Assembly (NCBI RefSeq): GCF_963921235.1
Contig: NC_086108.1
Location: 73,782,001 to 73,846,000 of the forward strand
DNA from: Mobula hypostoma
Lineage: Eukaryota
DNA: 64,000 nucleotides
Reading direction: 5' to 3'
Part shown: in pieces, positions 25,790 through 38,927 of the stretch
Layout: every line of letters starts with the position of its first letter
Numbering within the stretch: position 1 is the first letter of the stretch
Program-made: the position numbers and the translations under genes
Notes under the pieces: generated by a model
What the model was told of the DNA's origin: nothing
Database searches by the model: none
Seen by the model: only the letters and a program-made list of their open reading frames with translations

Positions 25790-27935
25790 TGAAAATAAAT
25801 GATTGGTTCAAAGCAAAATCCAGTGAGATGACACTCGTCACTGAAGCCACGTGTGCTGCCCTAGCCGAGTATAAGCATACATCAACTGAGAGGAACCGAC
25901 AGATTCTCAGGGCTGCTAGAAGTACAGCAGACTACCAGGCACAGCACTGAAAGAATAATGGATGCAAGTCAGTGAAGACATCCAGAGCGCAAAATTTATG
26001 GGCAATATCAGGGATGTGTTGATGGCATCAAGAAAGCCCTCAGCGCCTCTCAAAGCAAGATGGCTTCCCTCAAAATCACCAATGTGGAAGTAATCATAGA
26101 CAGGCAAGCAGATGGAGCGATGAGAAGAACATTAATCTGACCTCTATTCCAGAGTGAACACTGTCACCCATCCCAATCCTAAGTGCCACTGAATGCCTGC
26201 CAATAATGGAAGAACTAGATACAGACACAATCATAGAGAAACTCAGCAAGGTGACTGCCAGCTTGGCCTCAGGGAAGGGATCAGGCAACAATGGGATTCC
26301 CCGAGACCTGATCAAGCACTGCATGATTACTCACCACATGAAGTCCTCTGTCAATGCTGGCAGGAAACTGTACCACAGGATATGAAGGATACCAAGATCA
26401 AAAAAAGTGACTGTAACTCTCCCTCATGAATGTTGTTGGCAAAGTCTTTACCCGAGTCTTCTTGGTCCACCTATAGAATTTGGCTGAAAGTGTCTAACTG
26501 GACTCACAGAGTGGCTTCCGCACTGGAAAGTCAACTGTGGGCATGATTTTCTCTCTCCACCAACTCCAGAAGTGCCCAGAACAGAAGAAGTCCCTCTATG
26601 TTAAGTTTATTGATATTACCAATGCATTTGACTCGATCAGCAGAGAAAGGCTCTTTCAGATTCCCTCTAAGGCAAGTTTCCCGCCAAGTCGACAGAGCAG
26701 GATCAAATCCTTCCACAACAACATGAAGAGGACGGTGAAGTACAACAGCAGTTCTCGACATAAGCAGCAGCATTAAGCAAGATTGTGTTCTTGCCCCAAA
26801 GCTATTTGGTATCTTCTTTGTCTTTCTCCTGAGGCATGCATTTGGCACTGCAACAGAGGGGATCTACTTCCACACTAGATCAGCTGGCAGGCTTTTGAAT
26901 CTCGCCTGCCTAAGTACCAAAACTAAATTGTGTGAGGCTATGATCAGAGACATGCTGTTTGCTGATGATGCAGCAGTCACAATTCACACTCCACAGCACC
27001 TCCAGAGATTGATGGATCGCTTCTCCCAGGCCTGCATGGAATATGGTCTGACTACCAGCCTGAAAAAGACGAACTTCTTGGGACAAGATGTGGAGCCCCA
27101 CCAGTAACTACCGTTGGTAATTACTAACTGGATGTTGTTCATCAGTTCACATACCTGGAGTTCATTATCAGTGAAAACCTCTGCTTGGATGCAGAAATCA
27201 AAAAGCACATCAGGAAGGCTGCAACAATTCTTGTCTGCCTCATCACACGAGTCTAGGAGAACTCCAAACTCTCAGTTAAAACAAAGAAGGCAGCGTACAA
27301 CATTTGAGCCACCATCACACAACTATACAACAATGAGACCTGGACAACATAGGCTAAGTACAAAGCTCAACACCTTCCATTTCAGGTACTTTTTTGCATC
27401 TTGGGCATCTCCTGGGAAGTCAGACGTCCAATGCCATGATTCTCTCTCGTACGGGCCTCCCTGGCGTGCACTCTCTGCTCAGGGGACATAGGCTACATGC
27501 ACTGGCTGGGCCATTTCTGCTGCATGCAGGATGGCCGCATCCCTAAATAAACCCTCTACAGTGAGCTGGCTTCAGGCAAGAGAACGACTGGCCGCCCACA
27601 ACTGTGCTACAATGATGTCTGCAAGTGGGATATGAAGGCACTGGACAACGCTAAATCCTGAGAGGAACTTGCAGCCAACCACACCAGATAGTGAGGCCCT
27701 CTGAAACAATACCTTAAGTCAGGTGAGGAAAAACTACCAAAAGCAGCAGAAGACAAACTGGCCCATAGAAAGGAATGCTGCATCTCCAGCAGAGCTGAGA
27801 CCACTTACAGATGCAATCCTGGCAACAGAGACTGCCGCTCTCACACTGGTCTCATCAGCCACAGACGGCTCTGCACGAGCAACGCAAATAGCTTGGACGC
27901 AACATCCATGATTGACCTCAACCAACGGAGGGCCA
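25790..27935 (+). mobile_element. Degenerate RTE/BovB-like LINE
   Basis: MIFSLHQLQ.C.EQKKSLY..FIDITNAFDSISRE.L, QDCVLAP.LFGIFF, IRDMLFADDAA, plus a C-terminal GR.P..LY.EL..GKR..GRP-type segment. Confidence 0.85.
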
Positions 27936-28629
27936 CTCACACGTGCGCAGAGCGTACAGCAATGGGCTCAGCACACAGCCGATGAATGGAAAGAAATGGA
28001 TGAACATCTATGATTCGTCAACAGTGCATAGCATAGCCAGCTGAACCTTAGCAGGTTAGCTGTGTGACACACTCAACATGTCCTCATTTGGGCTTGGACA
28101 TGATTTCATGCCCCCCCCCCCACAATCACGGTAATGAATTATACAACTGAGAAATTTCACCAGGTTCTCCATGGCAAAAATTTGAGAGAAGATCAGAGTT
28201 AAAACATATTTGTTAAGGCTAATAATTTGGGCAAGCAATATAGAGTGCACTGATACTCACCCATTTCATTTCCCCACTAAGCCCATCTCCATTTTAATCC
28301 CAGGAAGCAAATGCTGAGTCAGAGATCCTGGGAAAGACTACTAGACCTCTCACCACCGTATGAGCTGCCAGTAGTTCTAAAATATCGTAACACTATAGCA
28401 GAATCACTGAACAGCAGGGCCTGTCCATCAAATTAAAAACTGGGAGATTTCACCTTCCAACTGCATGACAAGAGGCCAAGTTTATTAGAAAGCATGCAGT
28501 CAAAAGGTGGCTAGGTTAGTGATCAGAAAGATGATCTACTGAGCTAGCCGTTTTCCCACTGGAAATGACAAGGAATGTTACCAGACACCCTTGCAAATAT
28601 CAGTGAAATAGATTTCAGAAATAAGCCAT

Positions 28630-29080
28630 GACCCTTCTTCCCATTCCAACCCCACCTCCATCTGGTTCCGGTTCCTGGCGATCGCTTAGTAGCGACTGCC
28701 TTTCTCTCTTCATACTCCCCTCCTTTCACCTTGCCCCACAAGTGTTTTTTTCCCTTTTGCCTCTGCCTCCATCTATCATGTCTCTATCTTTCTGCTTCCC
28801 TCTATCATTCACCTAACACTCTCTTCCAAATTAACCCCCACTCATCTGTCTACCTGTCTGAGATCCTACACATCCCTTCTCAGTCCACCAATTACCTTGG
28901 AATCCCTTATCAACATTTCCTTTCTCCTGTTTTTGATAGCTATCTCCCCTCTCCATTCTCAGTTCTGATGCAGGGTTTTGACTCGAAACATCAACAATTC
29001 CTTTCCTCTCATTGCTTGACCCTCTGAGTTCTTCCAGGAGATTGTATGTTGCCCCAGATTCTGCAGTTTTGTGTCTTGCC
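28630..29080 (+). mobile_element. Old Penelope-like 3' UTR/terminal fragment with hammerhead remnant at about 28960-28997
   Basis: Pyrimidine-rich tract followed by cagttCTGATGcagggttttgactcGAAAcatc and the ctgagttcttccag terminus. Confidence 0.65.
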
Positions 29081-29669
29081 ATTTGGTGCTATGTAACTGT
29101 TCTGCCAGCCAATAAGATCATGGCTGATCTTTTGACTCAGTCCTAAACCAAGATTTCAGTGTCCTTATATCTCTCTATTCCCTTAACATCTAAAATCCAT
29201 CAATATATCTGTCTTTAAACTACTCAATGATTGAGGTATCACAGGACCTTTGGGTACAAAATGCTATGCTTTACACTCGCCTTTGGGTAGAAATGCTTTT
29301 CAAATTTCAATATAAGTGGTTGATTTGTTAAATTGGGATGATCCAGTCTACTGTGTTGGAAATCTCAATCTCAGACGCCTCTGTCCCGTCACTCCTTCAG
29401 TGTACACTAGTAGATTGAACACATTTTAATTCTAATTTACAAATTAGAAAACAACTTCAACAATTCCACCCTTATGCCTGGATAAAGCATAGTAACAAAC
29501 GTCAATGACAAAAAAGGAGACTGCAAGAACATTTTCAGCATGCAACCTTTGTTCTGCCAACAAAACCACATCAAAAATAAAAACCAAAGCAGGTTTCCCC
29601 TGTGCTTTCTGAAAATTAGAACCATGTAAACTGCATACGCATCTTCATCAATATTCAGTTTCATAGGTA

Positions 29670-29902
29670 TAAAGGAAAGGTATGTCACATCCGGAGTTTC
29701 TCCGGTTAGCGGATGATTTCCCTCCACACCTCTCTGATGTAGTTGCAGCAGTGGTTTGCCATTGCCTTCTGCAGGGTGAATTTCCAAAGAGAAGACCAGC
29801 TCGTAACCCAGCATAGATGGAAAGCGTGCAGGGGAGCCAGCTGGATTCGAACTCGGGACCTTTTGTCCCAAAGTCCGACACTGATGCCACTACGCCACCA
29901 AA
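29670..29902 (-). mobile_element. tRNA-derived SINE with RTE-type 3' part
   Basis: Minus strand has A box TGGCGTAGTGG, B box GAGTTCGAATCC, a GAAGGCAATGGCAAACCAC motif and an ACCTTTCCTTT tail. Confidence 0.8.
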
Positions 29903-30264
29903 GGATATAAACAAGGTACTTCCCAAAAATAGGGTGATTAATACATTAATACATTATTGAATTAGCACATACCTATGCAAGTTTAACCCAAAAAAAATCC
30001 TCCCTATAGCTTCAAGATAGAATGCCAATAAAAAGAAACATTTGAAATACCACATCAAGCAGAAACTGTAGCGAAAGCAAATTAAACATTTCAGTCTCTT
30101 CTAAACCTCAATACAGAGGCACCTCTGCCCTTATTATAACCTAGATTCACTGTAAAGACATGTGATGTATGCCATTATCCCCTGACCTGACCTTAGAAAA
30201 GAAATAATGACAGAGCCCAAGAAAACTAATACAACACATACATCCAGAACAAGCTCTTAGCAGA

Positions 30265-30590
30265 TTTCAAAGTTCAATGTTATCATATACTTCCTTGAGA
30301 TTCATCTTCTTGCACCAATTTGAAAAAGTAAATGCAATATAATTTTATGAAAATCCATACATAAATAAACAGACAATGTGCAAAAGACAAACTGTGCAAA
30401 TAAAAATAATAATGAATGCATGAGTTATAAAGAGTGCTTGAAAGTGAGTCTATAGGTCATAGAATTATTTCAGAGTAGTAGTGATTTTAGTTACCCTCAC
30501 CAGTTCAGGAACCTAAAGGGTGCAAGCAAATAATTGTTCCTGAATATGGTGGTATGGGACCCAAAAGCTTCTGTGCCTCCTCTCCAATGG
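30265..30590 (-). mobile_element. Rex1-type 3' UTR fragment
   Basis: Reverse complement of the tail family also seen at 31250-31697 and 43200-43500. Confidence 0.6.
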
Positions 30591-31224
30591 TTTTCAGGTC
30601 TCAAGACCGCAGATTTTTAGCTTTATAATAAATTTAATTACAAAAGCGAGGAGGCAATACTGAGACTAAATATGTTGTTAGTTGAGCCAGATTTCAAATA
30701 GCACATTCAACTGAAAAGAATGACAACCAAGAATAGATTTCTGAAAATACTTCATTAAGAGATTAGAAAAGCTGAAGGTCTTTTCATTAGAAAATGGTAG
30801 CTCAGAGAAGGGAGGACAGAAGGAAATCATTTAGATAAACTGATTTACAGAAAGATAATTTGTTTTCTGAGTAGATCATTAACTCAAACGTAGCAGCCAT
30901 GTTTTTAACTTTGCCAGCAATTGGATATACATGTTCAAATGGCAGCACACCACTCCGAGTGAACTAATGGCATTTGAGCAACTGTGCAGAAATTTCAAGT
31001 CACTAATTTTAAACGGCTACTGAAGTAACTGAAAGAAAATTAATCAGAATCATTTGATGTAAAGACATGAAAAGTGATGAAAAATTAAACAGTAATATCT
31101 TTTAACACCATGAATAAATATTTCAGAGATAAACCATTGAAGTGTTTTGGGAAAGAAATAAGTAACTGAATCATGTAGAATGTTCTTTGGGAGAGTATGT
31201 TAGGGTGCAGTGGTGAATACAGCC

Positions 31225-31697
31225 CACTCTATCACTAGCAAAGCCCTTCCCAGCACTGAGTACAGTTGCATTGTGCACTATGACAAGAAAGCAGTATCCA
31301 TCATTAAAGCCTCCAAACCATCCAGGCTATGCTCTCTTCTTGCTACAACCATCAGGTAGAAGGTACAGAAGCTTTAGGTTCCACATATTAAGCTCAGGAT
31401 CAGTTATAACCCTATAACCATCATGGATCAGCATGGATAACTTCACTGACTGCAGCTCCAAACTGATTCTACCAGACCTACATACTCACTTTCAAGGACT
31501 CTTTTACATCTCATGTTCTTAGTTTCTATTTGCACAGTTTGTCTTGTTTTGCACCTTGGTTCATTGTCAGTCTTTGTTTATATATGGTTTTTCAAAGATT
31601 CTATTGCATGCCTTTATTTTTCCAGTAAATGCCTGTAAAAATGATTCTCAAGACCGCAGATATACAGCTTTATAATAAACTTAATCTGAACTTTGAT
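31225..31697 (+). mobile_element. Rex1-type LINE 3' fragment
   Basis: aaagcagtatccatcattaaag...ctcttcttgctac...aggtacagaag (KAASIIK..HP..LF.LL.SGRRYR motif) and an aataaa...tgaactttga tail. Confidence 0.72.
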
Positions 31698-32352
31698 GTT
31701 CTTCAGTGGTACAGAATTTAACAACTTTATAACAAGTACTTTCAAGCCATGATACCCAAGACGAAAAGATGAGTTTCGAGTGGGGAATGTGGGGAACGCC
31801 CACATCTACAGGAGCACATTAAGCCACGATTTTAATTCTTCTGTCATTTCTATACTGCTTCAAAGAGGAAAACATATAATAAAACACATAAATGACAGTA
31901 GAATTCCATGTTAATGACACCAATCATGAAATGGAAAGAGATGTAACAGATGCAAAACAGAAACAGCAGGTGTTTTTTTCCAAAAAGTCTGCATCAAGAG
32001 AATTGTCAGGAAGGAAGATCAGCAGTTAAGGCAACATGATGATGAAAAGAAGATGAAAACATAGAAGGTGGCTCTTCTCTGAGGATTATTCTAATTAAGA
32101 TGGGCCAACATCACTGAAATTCAGAAGTTGAAGAGAAAACAAACTTTTAAGATATACAGAACAAGGCACACAGTATCTCTGTAAGGTTTCTGAATACAAT
32201 GGCAGTAAATGGCATTACATGACTTCCAATATGAACACCTTCACTAGATACAATCCTTCACATGATTATTTAGGTCCTAAATAAATAAATGCTGCAATAC
32301 ATGAATGCTAATATTGCCATTCTAGAATAGGGAATCAAGTTACTGAAAATCC

Positions 32353-33265
32353 ATAGAGTCATAGAAAACTACAGCACAGAAGCAGGTCCTTCGGTCCGTC
32401 TAGCCCATGGCAAACCATTTAAGCTACCAAATCTCATCAACCTGCACCTGAACTACATCCCTTCATACCCCTTCCATACGTGTCCCTATCCAAACTTCTC
32501 TTAAACATTGAAAACAAAATTCAAGCTGTCAGCTCATTCCACACGCTCACCATTCTGAGTGAAAAAGTTTCCCCTCATTTTTCCCTGAAACATTTCACCT
32601 TTCACAGTTAACCCCCAATCTCTAGTTGTAGTCCTACCCGACCTCAGTTGAAAAAGCCTGCCTGCATTTACTTTATCTATATCCCTCATAATTTTGTACA
32701 CTTCTGTCAAATCTCTCCTCAATCTACATTATTCTAGCAAACAAAGTTCTAAACTATTTAATCTTTCCTTGTAATTCAAAACCCCCAGTCCCGGCAACAT
32801 CTTTGTAAATTTTCTCTGTACTCTTTCATTCTTATTTACGTTTTTCCTGTAGCTAGGTGACAAAAACTGCAGACAATACTCCAAATTAGGTCACACCAAA
32901 TCTTATACAACTTCAACATTTCAATTCCTGTACTCAATACTTTGATCTACGAAGGCCACTGTCCCAAAAGCTTTCTTTATAACCGTATCTACCTGTGACA
33001 CCACTTTCAATGAATTATGGACCTGTATTCCCAGATACCTTAGCTCTACCGACTCCTCAGTGCCTTACACTTAACTGTGTAAGATCTACCCTGGTCGGTC
33101 CTCCTAAAATGCAACACGTCACACTAGACTGCATTAAATTCCATCTGCCATTTTTCAGTCCATTTTTCCACCTGGACCAGATCCTACTGCAAGCTCAGAT
33201 TGCTTTCCTCACCATCCACTACACCCCTAATCTTGGTGTCATCCACAGATTTGCCGATCCAAATT
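32353..33265 (-). mobile_element. CR1 LINE 3' fragment
   Basis: RDLTEVYKIMRDIDKV, GNFFTQ, and a KFAD/DTKI-like sequence near 33250. Confidence 0.85.
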
Positions 33266-33397
33266 TTGTCACATTTCTTGTAAGTTGCATTTTGTAATTA
33301 AATCTTATCAAAACCTGTCCATAATTAGCTTGAATCTTAAAATTTTAAATGGAATATTATAACCATCACCTTTATGTTCTATTACCTATGTATATGG

Positions 33398-33694
33398 TTA
33401 AAGTTAAAGTTAAAATCTGTGCCGAGCCTTGTGGCCCATCAGGCCAGTGCTTAGCTTATACTGGTTTCTGTGGCGTGAAGCGACTGAGAGTATGAGACTC
33501 CCCCCACTCCCAGATAGTACGCTAGCATTTAACCCCCAGTTAACCCCCAGCATTTACGGGTACCCATTTTCAGCTGGATGGACTGGTTAAGTGCCTTGCT
33601 CAAAGACACAACAAGCTGCCTTGGCTGAGACTCGAACCCACGACCTTCACATCGTGAGCCCAATGCCCTAACCACTTGGCCACACGCCACACGC
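33398..33694 (-). mobile_element. tRNA-derived SINE with conserved central domain and (ACTTTA)n tail
   Basis: A box TGGCCAAGTGG, B box GGTTCGAGTC, central GTGTCTTTGAGCAAGGCACTTAAC...AAATGGGTACC, 3' GGCCTGATGGGCCAC and tail ttttaactttaactttaac. Confidence 0.85.
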
Positions 33695-36600
33695 ATGGTA
33701 ACAGCTTGTAAAATGATAATTTGTTTATCCTCTGAAAGCAATTTAATAAATACAACAGAAAATTCATTCACACAATGTCCATTACATTTGCCTTTTAGAG
33801 TAGATGTGCTGCTTATGCAAAAATAAGCTATTAAAATACACAATCTACTAAACATGTCAAACTACCAAAATGCCATGCCAGCTGTCATATTCAAATATTG
33901 TGTTCCTGAATGCAACTTTTTATTTTCAGTTTAGGATCTCAATAACCTAGTGAGCTCAACTAATCTCTTCCAGGGAAATAAATTTGCAGACAGGCTTTAA
34001 CCTGAGGAAACAAACAATAAGTTTCTTTTAATTGTATTAGATCAGGCAGCATTTAAATGAATATTGATTTGGTTGCTCCTATTACTTTTTTGTCTCCATA
34101 GACTATTGGGATGAGAAAATGCATCAGTGTTAATCCTTTGCAGGATTATTTATGACCTAAAATAAATATCAAACATTGAGAATAAAAATTAAGCCAATAA
34201 AAATCATTTGGAACACCTGGATACTTAAAAATAGGGTTGGTGACCATCTTCCTAAATTGTCTACAAGCCTGCAAATTCTACTTCCGGTTAACCTCTGAAA
34301 AAACTAGAATGGAAACAAAAAAAAAAATCAGATGACATTCCTATAACATTATGTGTAGATATTACTCGAGGGTGGGGCACAAAGCTAGCCATGAGAGACT
34401 CAAGCAAATATTTCTGAAGCTAATAGCTACATCCTTACATAAACAATGTTCGATAGCTTTCCTTCATTACTTCCATTGAACAATAACAGCTGTACAGTAA
34501 TAAAAACTGCTACCTTGTAGGTAATTTCATTTATCAGAAAATTGCGTGTATGAACACTCTTATCATTAATGGTCTGTTTTTAGAATGAAGAGAAAGTTTT
34601 TTCAATGTTAAATTCATGCCCTGCAAATGAGAAGACCAAGTAGCGTTCATGATAATTCCATCCTTTGCATCGAAATTTTGCTTAATTCTTCCTTGTGCTG
34701 CTGAATCAAAGAAATGTGTTTGGGCAAAAGAGGAAAATGAAAAAAAATCCTGTTTCATGTTTTTTAATAATAGTGTTGGATTTTCGCAAGTTTGTGTCAT
34801 TCTCACAGATAGGCATGTGGATTTATGAAAAGTGGAGGGTTTTGGGCTGTGTAGAAGGACTGATTGTGAAGTATCTTTATATAGGTCAGCACAACATTGT
34901 ACAATAAAGGCCCCATACTGTGCTGTACTGTTCTACGTTTTACTTACATCACCACACTTTCTTAAGCTGTACACACGATAAACGAATCTGAATCTGAATC
35001 CCAAAAGTCCCTAACATAGATATTTCTGGTAAGGAAATTGGCAATGATAATAAATTTGATTGTTAAAGTCAAGTGGTTAAATTATCTCAATGGTGGAAGT
35101 ATTGCATGGCACTTGTGTAGAGTGAATGTTATGTCACTTACAGCCCATGCTTTAATACTGATGGATCCTGTGCTTGCAGAGAAAAGCTGCTTCATTTTGC
35201 TGGAATTATGAATGGAATAGAACCGGTAAATTGTCCCTGAACGTCCCCACTTCTGACCTCATGAGGAAAGAACTTGATTGGTTATTTGTCACAAAGAATA
35301 CAAGGGAAAATTTCCACATTGCCAGGTATATGCCAGTACTGTACCGCTTGTACATAACAGATTGGTTAGAGTTGTCTTTAATTCTGGATTTACAGCAATT
35401 CAGCCAAAAGGTCCCACTGTCTTTTCTATAGCCAGAGCTCTCAGCTACTATTTTGATATCACCCGCAGTGAAGCCAAGTGGCTGAATACTGATTTTTTCT
35501 TTTAATGATAGCAGAGAAGGCAGCAGTGATCATTCATTCATACTTCTGCCCAGAGACACCTGCATTTTACAGTACAGCATGCTGTGCAGATAAAAAGGTT
35601 TGTGGTTATTAATGACAGAATCTTTAGCAAAAGGGCTAAAAAAGCAAAATGCACAAAAATTACTACAGACAAAAAATTTGCAATTTAGATCAAAGGACTT
35701 CCAGATAATCCCATAATCCATCAAAGGGTAACCAAGGACTCAGTTTTAGTAGAGCTAGAAACTGGAGAGCATGATAATCAGGCATTAAAAATTGAAGGAA
35801 TACAATTAGGAGGCATTTTTATCACTTCACACTTACATCCAATGAGATCTGATTTCAATTCAAGAATTCTAGTACCTTGATGTGTGAATTCACATTTTAA
35901 CGTGAGCATATAAGAATACAAAGTCACTGAGACCCCCTGTCTGTTCCACATTCAATAAGATCATGGTTGATCATTCATTCATTTCAGCTTTTTACACAAT
36001 TACACAAGCTTTAAAACCTAGACCTCTGTACTTCCCTCTGCAAGTGGATACTTCCTCATCAGCAGATCTCAATCAGTGAGGATTAGTAACAAGATCTCTT
36101 TCTCGCTGATCTTCAACTCAGGTTCACCTTAAGGCTACATGCCCTGCACCAACTTTACACTTTATATGTGCCTATGATGCGGCTGTAACTAAGATTTTCA
36201 TTGCACCTGTGCAGACACTTACTAGTGCATATAACAATAAACCTGATTTCAACTTTGACCTTATCAGCACTGTACTGCACTAACTATATAACTTTGATTA
36301 TCCTGGTATACAAGAAATTTCATTGTTGTTTTCAAAACACTCAAGACATTTAGCCTCCATAGCACTCTTGGCTATATATAAAAAAAAATCTAAAGAATGA
36401 CTACTCTCTGGATAAAGATGTTTCTTCTCATATTAACTCCTGAATGGTGACTTCTTATTTTGAGACCATGACTTTTGCTTCTAGACACAACAATCAACAA
36501 TCATTACTATGTCAAGCCTGTCAAGCCCCAGAAGAATTCCTTTCAATGAGATCCCCTCTCATCCTTCTGAACTTGAGAGATGAAAGGTGCAATCTACTCA

Positions 36601-36713
36601 CTTTCTTCTCATAGAACAAACTCACCAACCTAAGAACTTATCGATGTTTCCTATGGTGGGGGAGTCTAAGATCAGAGGACACAACCTCAGAATGGAGGAG
36701 CATCCTTTTAGAA

Positions 36714-38166
36714 TCCTCAGCTATGTGGAGTACTTCACCAAGTCTTCAACCTGAGCCTGAGTCTCCAGAGGGTTCCTGTGCTGTGGAAGACGTGCTGCTT
36801 CGTCCCTGTGTCAAAGACGCCGCGCCCCAGTGGCCTCAATGACTACAGACCGGTGGCATTGACCTCCCACATCATGAAGACCCTGGAGAGACTTGTTCTG
36901 GAGCTGCTCTGGCCTATGGTTAGGCCACACTTAGATCCCCTTCAGTTCGCCTACCAGCCCCGACTAGGAGTTGAGGATGCCATCATCTACCTGCTGAACC
37001 GTGTCTACGCCCACCTGGACAAGCCAGCGAGCACTGTGAGGGTCATGTTTTTTGACTTCTCCAGTGTGTTCGACACTATCCACCCTGCTCTGCTGGGGGA
37101 GAAGCTGACAGCAATGCAGGTGGATGCTTTCCTGGTGTCATGGATTATTGATTACCTGACTGGCAGACCACAGTACGTATGCTTGCAACACTGTGTGTCC
37201 AACAGAGTGATCAGCAGCACTGGGGCTCCACAGGGGACTGTCTTGTCTCCCTTTCTCTTCACCATTTACACCTCGGACTTCAACTACTGCACAGAGTCTT
37301 ATCATCTTCAGAAGTTTTCTGATGACTCTGCCATAGTTGGATGCATCAGCAAGGGAGATGAGGCTGAGAACAGGGCTATGGTAGGAAACTTTGTCACATG
37401 GTGTGAGCAGAATTATCTGCAGCTTAATGTGAAAAAGACTGAGGAGCTGGTGGTAGACCTGAGGAGAGCTAAGGCACCGGTGACCCCTGTTTCCATCCAG
37501 GGGGTTGGTGTGGACATGGTGGAGGATTACAAATACCTGGGGATACGAATTGACAATAAAGTGGACTGGTCAAAGAACACTGAGGCTGTCTACAAGAAGG
37601 GTCAGAGCCGTCTCTATTTCCTGAGAAGACTGAGGTCCTTTAACATCTGCCAGACGATGTTGAGGATGTTCTACGAGTCTGTGGTGGTCAGTGCTATCAT
37701 GTTTGCTGTTGTGTGCTGGGGCAGCAGGCTTAGGGTAGCAGACACCAACAGAATCAACAAACTCATTCATAAGGCCAGTGATGTTGTGGGGATGGAACTG
37801 GACTCTCTCACGGTGGTGTCTGAAAAGAGGGTGCTGTCCAAGTTGCATGCCATTTTGGACAACGTCTCCCATCCACTACATAATGGACTGGTTGGGCACA
37901 GGAGTACATTCAGCCAGAGACTCATTCCACCGAGATGCAGCACAGAGCGTAATTGGAAGTCATTCCTGCCTGTGGCCATCAAATTTTACAACTCCTCCCT
38001 TGGAGGGTCAGACACCCTGAGCCAATAGGCTGGTCCTGGACTTATTTCCTGGCACAATTTACATATTACTATTTAATTATTTATGGTTTTATTTCTATTT
38101 AATTATTTATGGTGCAACTGTAAAAAAAAACAATTTCTCTTGGGATCAATAAAGTATGACTATGAC
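36714..38166 (+). mobile_element. Very young 5'-truncated Rex1/Babar LINE with uninterrupted RT ORF (36715-38028), inserted in a CR1 3' fragment (about 36640-38425)
   Basis: Stop-free frame with YRPVALTS, LDPLQFAYQ, FFDFSS, GAPQGTVLSP and QKFSDDSAI. AATAAA plus (TATGAC)2 tail. TSD TAGAA at 36709-36713 and 38167-38171, which restores the CR1 sequence ccttttagaa-cagagatgagg. Confidence 0.95.
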
Positions 38167-38927
38167 TAGAACAGAGATGAGGATTTTTTTTTAAGCTAGA
38201 GAGTGGTGAATTGGTGGAATTCATTGCCACAGGTGGCTGTAAGGTCCAAATCATTGGGTATATTAAGACAGAGGTGCTTGATTCTTGGTTATTCAGGGCA
38301 CGAAGGGATATGGGGAGAATGCAGGAGATTGCAGCTGAGAGGGAAAATAGATCAGCCATGATGAAATGGAGGAGCAGGCTCAATAGACCAATTGGCTGAA
38401 TTCTGCTTCTATAATCTTATGGTCAAATGTCTGCCCTACTTTCTCTAGCACACATATATCTCACCATGGGAATGAGAACCAGACCTGAAAATGATATTCC
38501 AGGTTCTAATATTCCAGATCACCAGGGCCTCTGGAAGTGCATTAAGATGTCTTTATTCTTGTACTCAAATCCCCTTGTTATAGAGGCCTTCAGACTATCT
38601 GCTGGTTTTACATCTATGCTCGCTTCACACCTACTTCTGCACAGGTGCATCAAAACATCATCTTGAAATCTTTCACGATTTAAAAAAATTGTTTTTCTTT
38701 TGTTTTCACCAAGGCGGATGATCTCACATTTTCCACATTATAATCTAGCTGCTACATCCCTGCCCATTCGTAGCCTTGCTATATCCCCAGAAGCTTCTCT
38801 CTCTCTCATCCAAATCACTGATATTAAATGTGAACAGTAGTGAACCACAGAACAGATAGTCAGACATCAGTAGAAGCTGCCTTTTCACAGCCTCCAAAAA
38901 CAAAACAAAAATCAGCTAAATGCTGTA

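Larger units (their letters stand above)
23990..28090 (-). mobile_element. Old Rex1/Babar-type LINE split into pieces (about 23990-24245, 25396-25790, 27938-27980) by nested insertions
   Basis: Collinear minus-strand motifs GCVLSPLLY (about 27950), FKLLGVHISHNL...KAHQCLYFLRR (25430-25550) and VESILASCITVWCG (24190-24240). Confidence 0.7.

Noticed and set aside
29830..29902. tRNA gene (also considered at 33620-33694)
   Set aside because: A and B boxes are present, but there is no convincing acceptor stem and each continues into a SINE body and tail.
36778..38028. 416-aa ORF as a host gene or domesticated RT
   Set aside because: It is 5'-truncated mid-domain, has a TSD and tandem-repeat tail, and sits inside a CR1 fragment, so it is a retrotransposon copy.
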